A stretch of DNA of 63,750 nucleotides, filler included, from Octopus bimaculoides (lineage: Eukaryota): the NCBI RefSeq assembly GCF_001194135.2. It is 5 parts of 4 records of this genome, joined end to end, with 100 filler letters (N's around TTAATTAATTAA, not from the genome) between each part and the next. Parts side by side here need not be neighbours in the genome. Positions count along the whole stretch, not along the records: positions 26,805 to 33,984 come from NC_068987.1; positions 34,085 to 60,607 come from NC_068999.1; 3 more parts are not named here. One strand, 5' to 3'. The position numbers were made by a program, and so were the translations under genes. Position 1 is the first letter of the stretch; every line of letters starts with the position of its first letter. This document shows, one piece after another, positions 26,974 through 37,737 of the stretch. The notes under the pieces were generated by a model. That model made no database searches. It was not told the origin of the DNA and saw only the letters and a program-made list of their open reading frames with translations.

Positions 26974-27180
26974 CTTCGGGACACTCTCTTTGATCAGCTG
27001 TCGGCTGCAGATCAAAACAGTTTTGATACTTTCCGGCAGTTTCACTTCCTTTTATGGTACCGAACATCACTCATGCTACTAGACAATACAACCTTCTTTT
27101 GGCTCACACTATAGTTTCCAAACTCCGTTATCCTTGCACCCACCACTCCAAAAAGGATGCAGTTTGGCGAAAGTAGAAGA
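26974..27180 (-). other. Candidate 5' exon of minus-strand gene
   Basis: Strong donor GAAG|GTAAGG at 26974/26973 in CpG-rich unique DNA; ATG at 27067 opens MFGTIKGSETAGKYQNCFDLQPTADQRECPE to the donor; 5' boundary uncertain. Confidence 0.4.
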
Positions 27181-28929
27181 AACTATCACAGACATACGTG
27201 CACACACACACACACACTATACTCGTTTCTCGCTATAGTTTATTATTAAAATAAAAATAGATATAGTGACATGAATTTGGAGTAAATTGCTTTAAAAAAT
27301 GGTAACGAAATCAAGAGTTTGTCGAGGAATGTCGAATTTCTTATTATAGTTATATCCAAGAAGTTCAGAAGACAGTTTAAGTTATGCTTCATAAAAATAC
27401 ACATATCTTCGTTCTCAAAGAAGTATAGAAGCTAAAAGACTCATAGCGTATGATATTGTCCTCGAAAAGATGTGCCTTTATGCAAAGCTTCAGCTAATTG
27501 CAAAACTATGGCCTAAAACTTGGAATATACAAAACCATGGTCTTATTACTTGGCATATAAATACATTCACTCATATACACACGCGCACACACACGTATTG
27601 TACCCTTTCGTTTTATGGTAAGAAAATGAAAGTGGGAATACTGACGCCATTCGGCGATATCCAAAAGGACGTGCTGAATAAGCCTCCCCACTTTTTTTTC
27701 TTTGGATTCTCATATTTTCAACAATGGATATTGTGACTTTATCCCCTCTTCTCCGAAAAACAGCCTTTCAGAATTTTAATCCTCAACCCAATTTTTTAGC
27801 TTTTATTATTTTTTTAATGCCACGATTAAAAATGCGGAGATTACGATTCTGAAAAGAATTTCTTAGAAGTCAAAATTTCAATTTTTTAATGAGGATTGCT
27901 TACTTAACCTCCTACATTTATGTTGAGATCATAAAACGAAAAAATACTCCCCATACGTATATGCATACATACATACACACATATGTAAGAACGACCGTGC
28001 GAACTCAAAAAGGAGAAATGGTGACGAATGGAAAAACAGAGGACTCCTTTTATTTAAACGTGTCACACGGTCGAACACAAAATTATATATCAAAGATGAT
28101 ATACAAAATATGTTATGCTACGATAACATAGATGACCAGTAATGAAAGACCACAACCGTATAAAATGAATAACAGAGATATTTATTGTGGCATAAAAGTG
28201 TATGTCTGTGTGAGAGTGTGAATGCGACATATAAGAACATAATCAAAGACAGGCCGTCGTACAAAGAAAAGTATGTATGTGAGTGATACATGTATGTGTA
28301 TGTGAGATATTACAGCAGATAGAAAGAGACNNNNNNNNNNNNNNNNNNNNNNNNNNNNNNNNNNNNNNNNNNNNNNNNNNNNNNNNNNNNNNNNNNNNNN
28401 NNNNNNNNNNNNNNNNNNNNNNNNNNNNNNNNNNNNNNNNNNNNNNNNNNNNNNNNNNNNNNNNNNNNNNNNNNNNNNNNNNNNNNNNNNNNNNNNNNNN
28501 NNNNNNNNNNNNNNNNNNNNNNNNNNNNNNNNNNNNNNNNNNNNNNNNNNNNNNNNNNNNNNNNNNNNNNNNNNNNNNNNNNNNNNNNNNNNNNNNNNNN
28601 NNNNNNNNNNNNNNNNNNNNNNNNNNNNNNNNNNNNNNNNNNNNNNNNNNNNNNNNNNNNNNNNNNNNNNNNNNNNNNNNNNNNNNNNNNNNNNNNNNNN
28701 NNNNTTAGTTTGGTGTACATAGTAAGTCGTGTTGACGCTGGTGGTGAAGAGGCTGCTTGGTTAGTAGTAATCGTAGAATCGTGTTGGTCATGACGATGAT
28801 GCTGGTTAGTAGTCGTAGACTCGTGTTGCTGATGTGGCGACGACGGTGGTAATCGTTGGCTAGACGAAGCTGTTGAAGTGGTCGCTGGCTGCTGCTGCTG
28901 TCGTGTGGTACACGGCACAGTCTCTATAG

Positions 28930-29115
28930 AGAAACTGGACCGAGACCAATTTGGCCGCCGAGTTAAGGCTATTTATAACAAACTATCGGCTCCCGAAGGC
29001 TTCAGAAAAATACTCTATCACGTGACCTTATTAAGGGCTGTCATTGGTCAGTTTGCGTTCTGGCGGGAACGGTTCGAAGAAGTTGCCGACTCGAATAATG
29101 ATCAGTCACGTGATG
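28930..29115 (-). promoter_or_regulatory. Candidate Pol II promoter (TATA, CCAAT, two E-boxes)
   Basis: Minus-strand TATAAATA 28977-28970, TCACGTGAC 29018-29026, CCAAT 29047-29043, GTCACGTGA 29105-29113, in a CpG-rich repeat-free island. Confidence 0.5.
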
Positions 29116-29367
29116 ACAAGGTTGATGTTCTCCGCTACTCTCGCGCTTGTTTATATTTAAATGAGAAGAATGGCGATAGCAGTTTTGTATCTAATGGCGA
29201 TAGGTAGTTTCACTACACATACATTCACAAATATAAACATGCACACACCATTTGTGTGTGTATGTAAGTGAATGTATTTATATAGCAAGTAATATATATA
29301 TGTACACGCGCACACACACACACATACAAATTAAATCATAAAAAGAATATTTTAGCAGCGGCATTAT

Positions 29368-30035
29368 AAGGCTATGAGCTGGCAGAATCGTTAGTCTGCT
29401 GGGGGAAGATGCTTAGCGGCATTTCGTCCGTCTTTACGCTCTGAGTTCAAATTCCGCTTAGGCTAGCTTTGCCTTTCATCCTTTCGGGGTCAATAAAATA
29501 AGTACCAGTAGAGCACTGGGGTCGATGTAATCGACTCACTTTCTCCTTTGAAATTTCTGGCCTTGTGCCAAAATTTGAAAGCAATATTTTAGCAACAGCA
29601 TATTCATATTTGTAACAATTTTGAGTTATAAAATGTATTCTATTACAATTCCATTCATACCCAAGGAAAATTACCCCTCCTGGCTCTTTATAAGGCGATG
29701 AGCTGGCAAAGTCGTTAGTATGCCGGGGGAAAAAATGCTTAATGGCGTTTCATCCGTTTGCACGTTATGCTCCGCCGAGAACAACTTTACCAATCATCTT
29801 ATCGAAGTCGATAAATTAAAGTACAAGTCAAATACTGAGGTCGATGTAATTGACTTGCCCCTCCCCTCAAAATTGCTGGTCTTGACCCAAAATAAGAAAT
29901 ATGAAAGGCGGCGAAATGCTTCCCACATTCTTCTGGCTTTTTACGTTCTGAGTTCAAACCCCACTGAGGTCGACTTCGCCTTTCATCCTTTCAGGGTCGG
30001 TAAACTAAGTAGGAGTTGAGCACTGGGTTCGATTT
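29368..30035 (+). mobile_element. Cluster of three SINE family C (Meta-core) copies
   Basis: tRNA-like head TGAGCTGGCAGAATCGTTAG...GAGTTCAAATTCC and core GCCTTTCATCCTTTCGGGGTC-ATAAA-TAAGTACC at ~29368, ~29692 and ~29930. Confidence 0.85.
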
Positions 30036-30624
30036 AATCTAATAGCATTGAAGTGTTGAATCGAACAAACAGACTCCTGTACTTATTTTTAAAAGTGGTA
30101 CTTATTCTCTCGATCTGTTTTGCCGCGCCTCCAAGTTACAGGAACGTAAGCAAACGAACATCGGTTGTCACAATTTCCATCTTCCAAATTCACTCGCAAG
30201 GACTTGGGACTGAACCTGAAACCACGTGATTGTAAAGCGCGTTTCTTATCCAGACAACCATGGCTATCCTAAGTTTTTCTTTTTCTTTTTAATCTGGGTG
30301 GGGTTTTTAAGTTTTTGGGGGGAGTGGGGTTTACAGTTCATAATTTCAGCTTCGTTAATTGATTTTTAAGGCGAATACCTTAACGTGATGATAATTAAGT
30401 CAACACTTCACTGTTTGGCTGAGGCTCGACTAAACTTTCTTAAACTGCCACCACAAATTGCTAGGTATGTTCATTTTTTATCAACTAACGAAGATAAAAT
30501 TCCTAATTGAAAAATATTCAGAAAAAAAGCGAACCCCCAGTTCCAAGAGAAGTAACCGACAACGAAACATCCACCAATCCAACCATCACCCCATGTATAC
30601 ATACATACATACATACATGAGTGT

Positions 30625-30774
30625 GTGTGTGGTAAGTAGCTTGCTTACCAGCCACATGGTTCTGGGTTCAGACACCCTGCGTGGCACTTTGGGCAAGTGT
30701 CTTCTACTATAGCCTCGGGCCGACCAAAGCCTTGTGAGTGGATTTGGTAGACGGAAACTGAAAGAAGCCCGTCG

Positions 30775-30835
<61 letters not shown>

Positions 30836-31055
30836 ATGTGTGTGTATATGTTTGTGTGTCTGTGTTTGTCCCACCAACGTCGCTTGACAACCGATAGTGG
30901 TGTGTTTATGTCCCCGTAACTTAGCGGTTCGGCAAAAGAGGCCGATAGAATAAGTACTAGGCTTACAAAGAATAAGTCCTGTGGTCGATTTGCTCGACTA
31001 AAGGCGGTGCTCCAGCATGGCCGCAGTCAAATGACAGAAACAAGTAAAAGAGTAC
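30625..31055 (+). mobile_element. SINE family B, young copy
   Basis: Complete head/core, internal (TA)(TG)(TATG) tract, tail AAACAAGTAAAAGAG; CpGs retained. Confidence 0.92.
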
Positions 31056-31324
31056 AGAGAGTACATACACACACACATGCATGCACACACACATGCATAC
31101 ATACATACATACATACATACATAATACATACATACATACATACATACATACATACATACAAACAAACAGACAACTTTCTTCAAAAGATTCATTTCAATTT
31201 AGGACCGAAAGAGCAAGGGTACCCACTAAATCAACGTGAAGTCAAATGAAGAGACTCATGATGTTTATATGCATTTTACTGTTATGGTAGACAAGCAGTT
31301 TACAGAGGCAACAAGAAGTGAAAG

Positions 31325-31735
31325 TAGGTGTGATTGTGTGGTGAGAAGCTTGCTTCCCAACTATATAGTTCTGGGTTCAGTCTCACAACGTGGCACCTTT
31401 GAGGAAATGTCTTCTACTATAGCTTCGCGCCGACCAAAGCCTTGTGAGTGGATTTAGTAGACGGAAACTAAAAGAAGCCAGTCATATATACATAAACCTA
31501 TGTGTATATGTGTCTTCGTGTCTCTGTTTGTCTCCCACCACCGCCAAACAACCGATATTGGTGTGTTTACGTCCACGTAACTTAGCGATTTGGCATAAGA
31601 GACCATTTGACTAAGTACCATGCTTAAAAGACAAAATAATTACTGGGGCCAATTCATTCAACTAAAAATTTTTGAAGGCGGTGCCCCAGCATGGCCACAG
31701 TGTAATGACTGAAACACGTAAAAGATAAAAGGTAA
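31325..31735 (+). mobile_element. SINE family B, older copy
   Basis: Same layout, more diverged. Confidence 0.8.
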
Positions 31736-32216
31736 ATTATCCTAAGAAAGTGAAAGTAAACTGCGATAGAAACAGGAAGTGACGACAATGACATCCCAAA
31801 ATTTCATAAAAAGAACATAAAAGAACTCTTACATTATGCTATTCCCAATGGCTACTACATGTATAGAACTTTCTAGTGATATGTTATTTCAGAAGTAGCA
31901 ACTGAGACATTCCGCTCCAATATACTATACCCAGAAACGAATATCATTGAGAAGTGTCACTGCTTTCATGGTATATCAAACGCATATATGGTTTTCAAGT
32001 TATATTAAATATATATATATATATGTACGTTCTGTACATTAGTTTTGTCACATATAGTGTTTATATAAAATTATGGGCTATCACTATCACCACTTCAAGT
32101 TTCCACTTTTTTTTTTACGGCGGTAAACTGCATGTTAACCTCCTCCTACATTTCCCATGTTTCTCAGCTTTTGGAAATCTTCGGATAACTGCTTTTTAAG
32201 TAATTGATACAGAGGT

Positions 32217-32604
32217 GTGGAGGCGCAATGGCCCAGTGGTTAGGGCAGCGGACTCGCGGTCATAGGATCGCGGTTTCGATTCCCAGACCGGGCGTTGTGA
32301 GTGTTTATTGAGCGAAAACGCCTAAAGCTCCGCGAGGCTCCAGCAGGGGATGGTGGCGAAGCCTGCTGTACTCTTCCACCACAACTTTCTCTCACTCTAA
32401 CTTCCTGTTTCTGTTGTGCCTGTAATTCAAAAGGTCAGCCTTGTCACACTGTTTCACGCTGAATATCCCCTAGAACTACGTTAAAGGTACACGTGTCTGT
32501 GGAATGTTCAGTCACTTGCGCGTTAATTTCACGAGCAGGCTGTTCCGTTGATCGGATCAACTGGAACCCTCGACGTCGTAAGCGACGGAGTGCCAACAAC
32601 AACA
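32217..32604 (+). mobile_element. SINE family A, full length with TSD
   Basis: TSD ACAGAGGT at 32209-32216 and 32605-32612; (CAA)n tail. Confidence 0.92.
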
Positions 32605-33436
32605 ACAGAGGTTGAGAATTGGACTAGAGAAATGCCTGTAGTATTTATGGCCTTAAAGAGTTTTGAGTTCAAATCTCTCCGAGAGTAATTTTGCCTTTCT
32701 TCCTTCCGGAGTTACTTAAAATAAAATACCAGTCAAGTACCAAGATCGAATACTGTAATACGTTTTCCTTCTGTATGAAAAGGAATTGTAACAGAATACA
32801 TTTTATAATTCAAAATTGTTATAATTTGAATATGCTGCTGCTAAAATATTGTTTCAAATTTTGGCACAAAGCCAGAAATTTCAGGGAAGTGGGTGAGCCG
32901 ATTACATTGACCCCCAACCGGAAGAAATGTCGCTAAGCATTTTGTTCGGCATGCTAACGACTCTGCGAGCTCGCTGCCTTGTTAGCTTCATAATTATAAG
33001 GTCACATAGGCAAATATCGACTACTGTAGTCTTGAGTCATCTCAAACCATGTGAGTCATATTGGATTGTTGTTATTTAATTCAACGTGAGCTTTTAAATC
33101 AGCAAATCAGTGATCAAAACATTCCTACCGTGACCATTCCGTCTACGGTACAACGTGATTTGAGGCAGATTCGGCTGTAATATCTAGCAGATCCTGTAAC
33201 AATCAGGTTTTTATTCAAAACTGATTGAGGATCCAATAAATAAAACATAATAAATAAAACATCACACACACACACACACACACACACAATATATATATAT
33301 ATTGGCGCAGGCGACAAGTTCAAAGACGCCATGTCCGGCCACTTAGAATAACGCACTCAAAGATGAGTTTGAGAATGAATAAAATATTTAATCCATAATT
33401 TGCTGACCAACGATTATGGTTTTATATATAAGTACC

Positions 33437-33780
33437 AACATCATAATTCGCTGGTGGACTCACGATTTCGCGGTGTGAAACAAGCCTGGCCTTTTAAATT
33501 GTAATTACAGCTTGCCCGATGGGCTTCCATTCTGTTCCCGCCTGCCCAATAAAGGCAGAAACAAATACAACTCACGGGCCCTTACTTTTGAGAGGATACA
33601 CTTAGAAATTTGGTGAGGTGGAGCAAGTATGCTATCGGGAACCCCACTAGGGTATCCTCCCAAAATTGAAGGGGTCGTAGTTATCTTTCCTTCCGCCTTT
33701 ATTGGTCAGGTGGGAACACGAAAGTTGTAATTATAATTCAAAAACCCAGTCTTATTTCACACCGTCACATTATGATGGTT
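33437..33780. mobile_element. Foldback/MITE-like element with long imperfect inverted arms
   Basis: TGTTCCCGCCTGCCCAATAAAGGC...GAGGATAC mirrors GTATCCTC...GCCTTTATTGGTCAGGTGGGAACA; outer CATCATAAT...CGGTGTGAAA mirrors TTTCACACCG...ATTATGATG; ~50-bp spacer. Confidence 0.7.
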
Positions 33781-33838
33781 TAGCGCGCGAGAGTGTTTAT
33801 GTGTGTATTTAAAAAAAATTTTTAATATTAAAAAAACT

Positions 33839-33979
33839 TTTTTTATTGCCCACAAGGGGCTAAACATAGACGGGACAAGCAAGGACAGACAAAGGGATTA
33901 AGTCGATTACATCGACCCCAGTGCGTAACTGGTACTTAATTTATCGACCCCGAAAGGATGAAAGGCAAAGTCGACCTCC
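33839..33979 (-). mobile_element. SINE family C, young 3' part with alternative tail
   Basis: Perfect core (reverse of GCCTTTCATCCTTTCGGGGTCGATAAATTAAGTACC); truncated by the linker. Confidence 0.88.
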
Positions 33980-33984
33980 ATGGA

Positions 33985-34084
33985 NNNNNNNNNNNNNNNN
34001 NNNNNNNNNNNNNNNNNNNNNNNNNNNNTTAATTAATTAANNNNNNNNNNNNNNNNNNNNNNNNNNNNNNNNNNNNNNNNNNNN
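33985..34084. other. Artificial scaffold linker N44-TTAATTAATTAA-N44
   Basis: Same 100-bp structure. Confidence 0.9.
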
Positions 34085-36079
34085 TATATATTTCCTTTTG
34101 TTTATTTTATTTACCAAAGTGTCCCTTCGATAATCTGCGTAACCAATGACAAGTTTTTATTAGTTGCTTTGAGTTATCTTTATTCTAGTAATTTCTAATT
34201 TAGTTACTTATAAAAGTCTTAGTACAATCTTTATATTTATTATTTATAGTTTATTATCTCTTTATCTAAGAAATAAGATAGGTTATAATTATCGTAGATC
34301 TAAGTTTGTGTTTACTTTATTTGTGGAATTCTCACATCGATAAACTACGTAAATGAGGACCATTATCTGTTACTTATTTTCAATAATATTTATACCAGTA
34401 ACTTTGAATAAATGAGAGGTGTTATTGTGTTTTATCATTATATTAATATAATACTATATTATCATTGTATATAATTTATATATAGTTTCTGTTACATATA
34501 AATTCGAACGAAAACCCTGAAGAGACTTCTATACTTGGATATGAATTGTTTATAAATTGTTTATAAACGAAATAATGCATATTTTTCTATATATTTGATT
34601 TTTAATAATTTTGTATGTTATCTTATCTGATATTTCTATTATATTATAATATAAATAAATTGTTAGATTGTCAATTGTATTTCTCTATTTAATTCATTGT
34701 TTGCAATAAATGTATATATATNNNNNNNNNNNNNNNNNNNNNNNNNNNNNNNNNNNNNNNNNNNNNNNNNNNNNNNNNNNNNNNNNNNNNNNNNNNNNNN
34801 NNNNNNNNNNNNNNNNNNNNNNNNNNNNNNNNNNNNNNNNNNNNNNNNNNNNNNNNNNNNNNNNNNNNNNNNNNNNNNNNNNNNNNNNNNNNNNNNNNNN
34901 NNNNNNNNNNNNNNNNNNNNNNNNNNNNNNNNNNNNNNNNNNNNNNNNNNNNNNNNNNNNNNNNNNNNNNNNNNNNNNNNNNNNNNNNNNNNNNNNNNNN
35001 NNNNNNNNNNNNNNNNNNNNNNNNNNNNNNNNNNNNNNNNNNNNNNNNNNNNNNNNNNNNNNNNNNNNNNNNNNNNNNNNNNNNNNNNNNNNNNNNNNNN
35101 NNNNNNNNNNNNNNNNNNNNNNNNNNNNNNNNNNNNNNNNNNNNNNNNNNNNNNNNNNNNNNNNNNNNNNNNNNNNNNNNNNNNNNNNNNNNNNNNNNNN
35201 NNNNNNNNNNNNNNNNNNNNNNNNNNNNNNNNNNNNNNNNNNNNNNNNNNNNNNNNNNNNNNNNNNNNNNNNNNNNNNNNNNNNNNNNNNNNNNNNNNNN
35301 NNNNNNNNNNNNNNNNNNTATATATATATATATATATGCGTGTGTATATGTATATATATGTAAACATCTATACATGTGTATACGTGCATAAGCATATATA
35401 GATATATAGATATATATGTATAAATATATACTTATTTTATCGGCACTTGAAAGATGAAAGCAAAAGACAAACACGTCATAATTTGAAATTAGCATCTACA
35501 AACGGACGAAATGTCGTTAATAGTTGCGCCGAGTGTTGTAACCAATCTACTAGCACACGGCCTTAATAATAAAGGTTAAAAATGTTGGTACAAGGCAAGC
35601 AATTTCGTGGAGGCGGGAGGCAGTCGATAATATCCATCTCAAGTGTTCAACTGGTAGATGTTTCATCGAGGCAAAGTCGACCTCGTGGAAATCTGAACTG
35701 AAAACGTAAAGTTGAATTGAATACTTATCGATATTTCAACTTGTATGCCCACAGGTCTGCAAGCTCACCGCCTTAATGATAATAATACAATAAACAGCAT
35801 GATAATAATACAATAAACAGCATATATAAATAACAACAGCATCAAGAACACTAAGCAACATACATTCGCAGCAATGGTTGTAACGGTCATAGAGTTGTAC
35901 AATATGGATATCCTACAGATGTAAATGTATGTCCGAAGCGACCATTAACTAATAATTAATACATTTCTCTGTTATATTATCATATTTAAATAAATATATA
36001 CATGCAAACCACAGCTTATATAACCTTACAGTTGAATATTAATTGTAATGTTCGACATTCTTTGTATGGGTAACTAACC

Positions 36080-36560
36080 AAGACTTAATGCAGGCTATAA
36101 AGAAGAAATTACCTTTATGAACCCTATTGACGTTAAGTCTACCTCTTTTAATCAGGACATGAAATCAAGTTTTAACAATATTAACAATATTAATTTCCTT
36201 TCGAATAACAACAACAAATATAGTCATGTTTTTTCTGCAGCGTAAGGGAGATAACTGATATTTAAAAAAAACAACTTTTTTTTTCATTATAAAGGTACAT
36301 CGAGGATTTTAACGATAATTACCCTAATAACAAAATATGTCCTAGCAAAACTGTTTGGTTAATAATTCCATATGGCAAGCAAATGAAATCCAACCTCCCT
36401 TACCAGTTTCCTGAAGCTATAGAAAAGAATTTCCCCAAAAATTCAAAATACTATTCCATTATTAATTTATATCGAATCAGGATAGGTTTTTCTAAAACAA
36501 AAAATCTTTCACAAATCATCTCTTCGCATAATAATAAGTTGTTAAATACAAATCCACTTC
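36080..36560 (+). pseudogene. Penelope-like element RT C-terminal/linker remnant
   Basis: In frame with ORF 36383: KTVWLIIPYGKQMKSN...IEKNFPKNSKYYSIINLYRIRIGFSKTKNLSQIISSHNNKLL, matching the PLE pattern IWFNPPYS...HFPK...KIFN...KxSYS...IISSHNxKxL. Confidence 0.7.
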
Positions 36561-37331
36561 ATGAAAATGCTAGCATTGATTTTGTTAACACTAGCCAATC
36601 TTTTAAATCATAACAGCGGGTTATTGTTTCTAAAGTTGACTCCAATCGCATTCGTTTACTTAGTAGTAATTCTAAGATAAAAACTCTATTTATCAATGTA
36701 AAATTACTTTCCGTTCTGACTTTGTTATAAAGGTAGTTCTTCATCTCAGTTGTCCAAAAGAATTTCTAACCATTATTTTACATTTAGGCATATCAATTAA
36801 CGTAACAATACTGGGCTTAGTAAATTAATCTGGCATCTAAAATATAATAAACAATTTAATTTGGAATGGAATGTCTCTGTATCTTTACCGTTTGACAAAG
36901 GTAAATCTTTTTGCTCGCTTAGTACTTTATCCTGTTCTGAGAATCGCCTTGTAAACAACTTTATAGAACGCGTTTATCGTTGAATATATTGGCAGAAACA
37001 TACCTTTACTTCCTATTAGTGATTTCTACCTTTCTATAAAATTCGAACTTTCACTAAATATATCTACTTCAATGCCTTTAAAATGTATTCTAATTCACCC
37101 ATCGTTCTATATCTCTCCACTATTAGTTTTCTGTTAATTTCTTTTTCTCTACTATTTCTCATTCTATTAACTATCGTGAGGTTGAATCTAGTAACGGTTT
37201 AAAAAAAACAACCTTATAGCGTTCACTTCATCATATACGCAGTCATCACATTCTGTTAAGATGTCTTATTGATGTACTTTATTTACATTATTTACATTTG
37301 ACAGATACTTGTCCTCATCTTGTTTTTTGTT

Positions 37332-37377
37332 AACACAACGTTTCGGCTAATATACCCTCCAGCCTTCATCAGGTGTC
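37332..37377 (-). ncRNA. Type I hammerhead ribozyme (PLE-type, palindromic minimal stem III)
   Basis: Minus strand GACAC-CUGAUGA-A-GGCU(ggagggtatatt)AGCC-GAAAC-GUU-GUGUU: intact core, 4-bp stem II, 5-bp stem I, AACGUU palindrome. Confidence 0.75.
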
Positions 37378-37580
37378 TTGGGGAAATTTCGAACCTGGGT
37401 TCTCATTCCTAAGGTTTGAAATTTACCCAAGACACTTTATGAAGGGTGGAAGGTATATCGACGGAAAAGTTGTGTGAAGAAAAAAACAAGCCGAGGACAA
37501 ATATCTGTCAAAATAATGTACATATTCCCCATCTCTAAAATCTAGAACTGTATTGTATTTATTGATGTTTGGTTTCTTTC

Positions 37581-37666
37581 TTTCCCTGATGAGAAGATTG
37601 CATTGTTTTACACCAATGTAATCCTTCTGGAATAATACCAATGTTGTCTTCGAAACATGTCCGAAG
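37581..37666 (+). ncRNA. Second hammerhead ribozyme motif with extended stem II
   Basis: UUUCC-CUGAUGA-GAAGA...UCUUC-GAAAC-AU-GUC-CGAAG: intact core, G10.1-C11.1, ACAUGU palindrome, GUC triplet; first stem I pair is a C-C mismatch. Confidence 0.55.
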
Positions 37667-37706
37667 TAAAGGAATTTGAACAACAGCTGCGTTTAACTCC
37701 ATTTAT

Positions 37707-37737
<31 letters not shown>

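Noticed and set aside
32217-32295. tRNA-like sequence with A and B boxes (also 579, 10225)
   Set aside because: SINE head: continues into a shared ~300-bp body with TSDs; no proper cloverleaf or terminator.
34511-34590. CTGAAGA...CGAAA hammerhead-like words with a GTTTATAAA/TTTATAAAC hairpin
   Set aside because: Stem II does not close on the core and stem I cannot form; at most a decayed relic.
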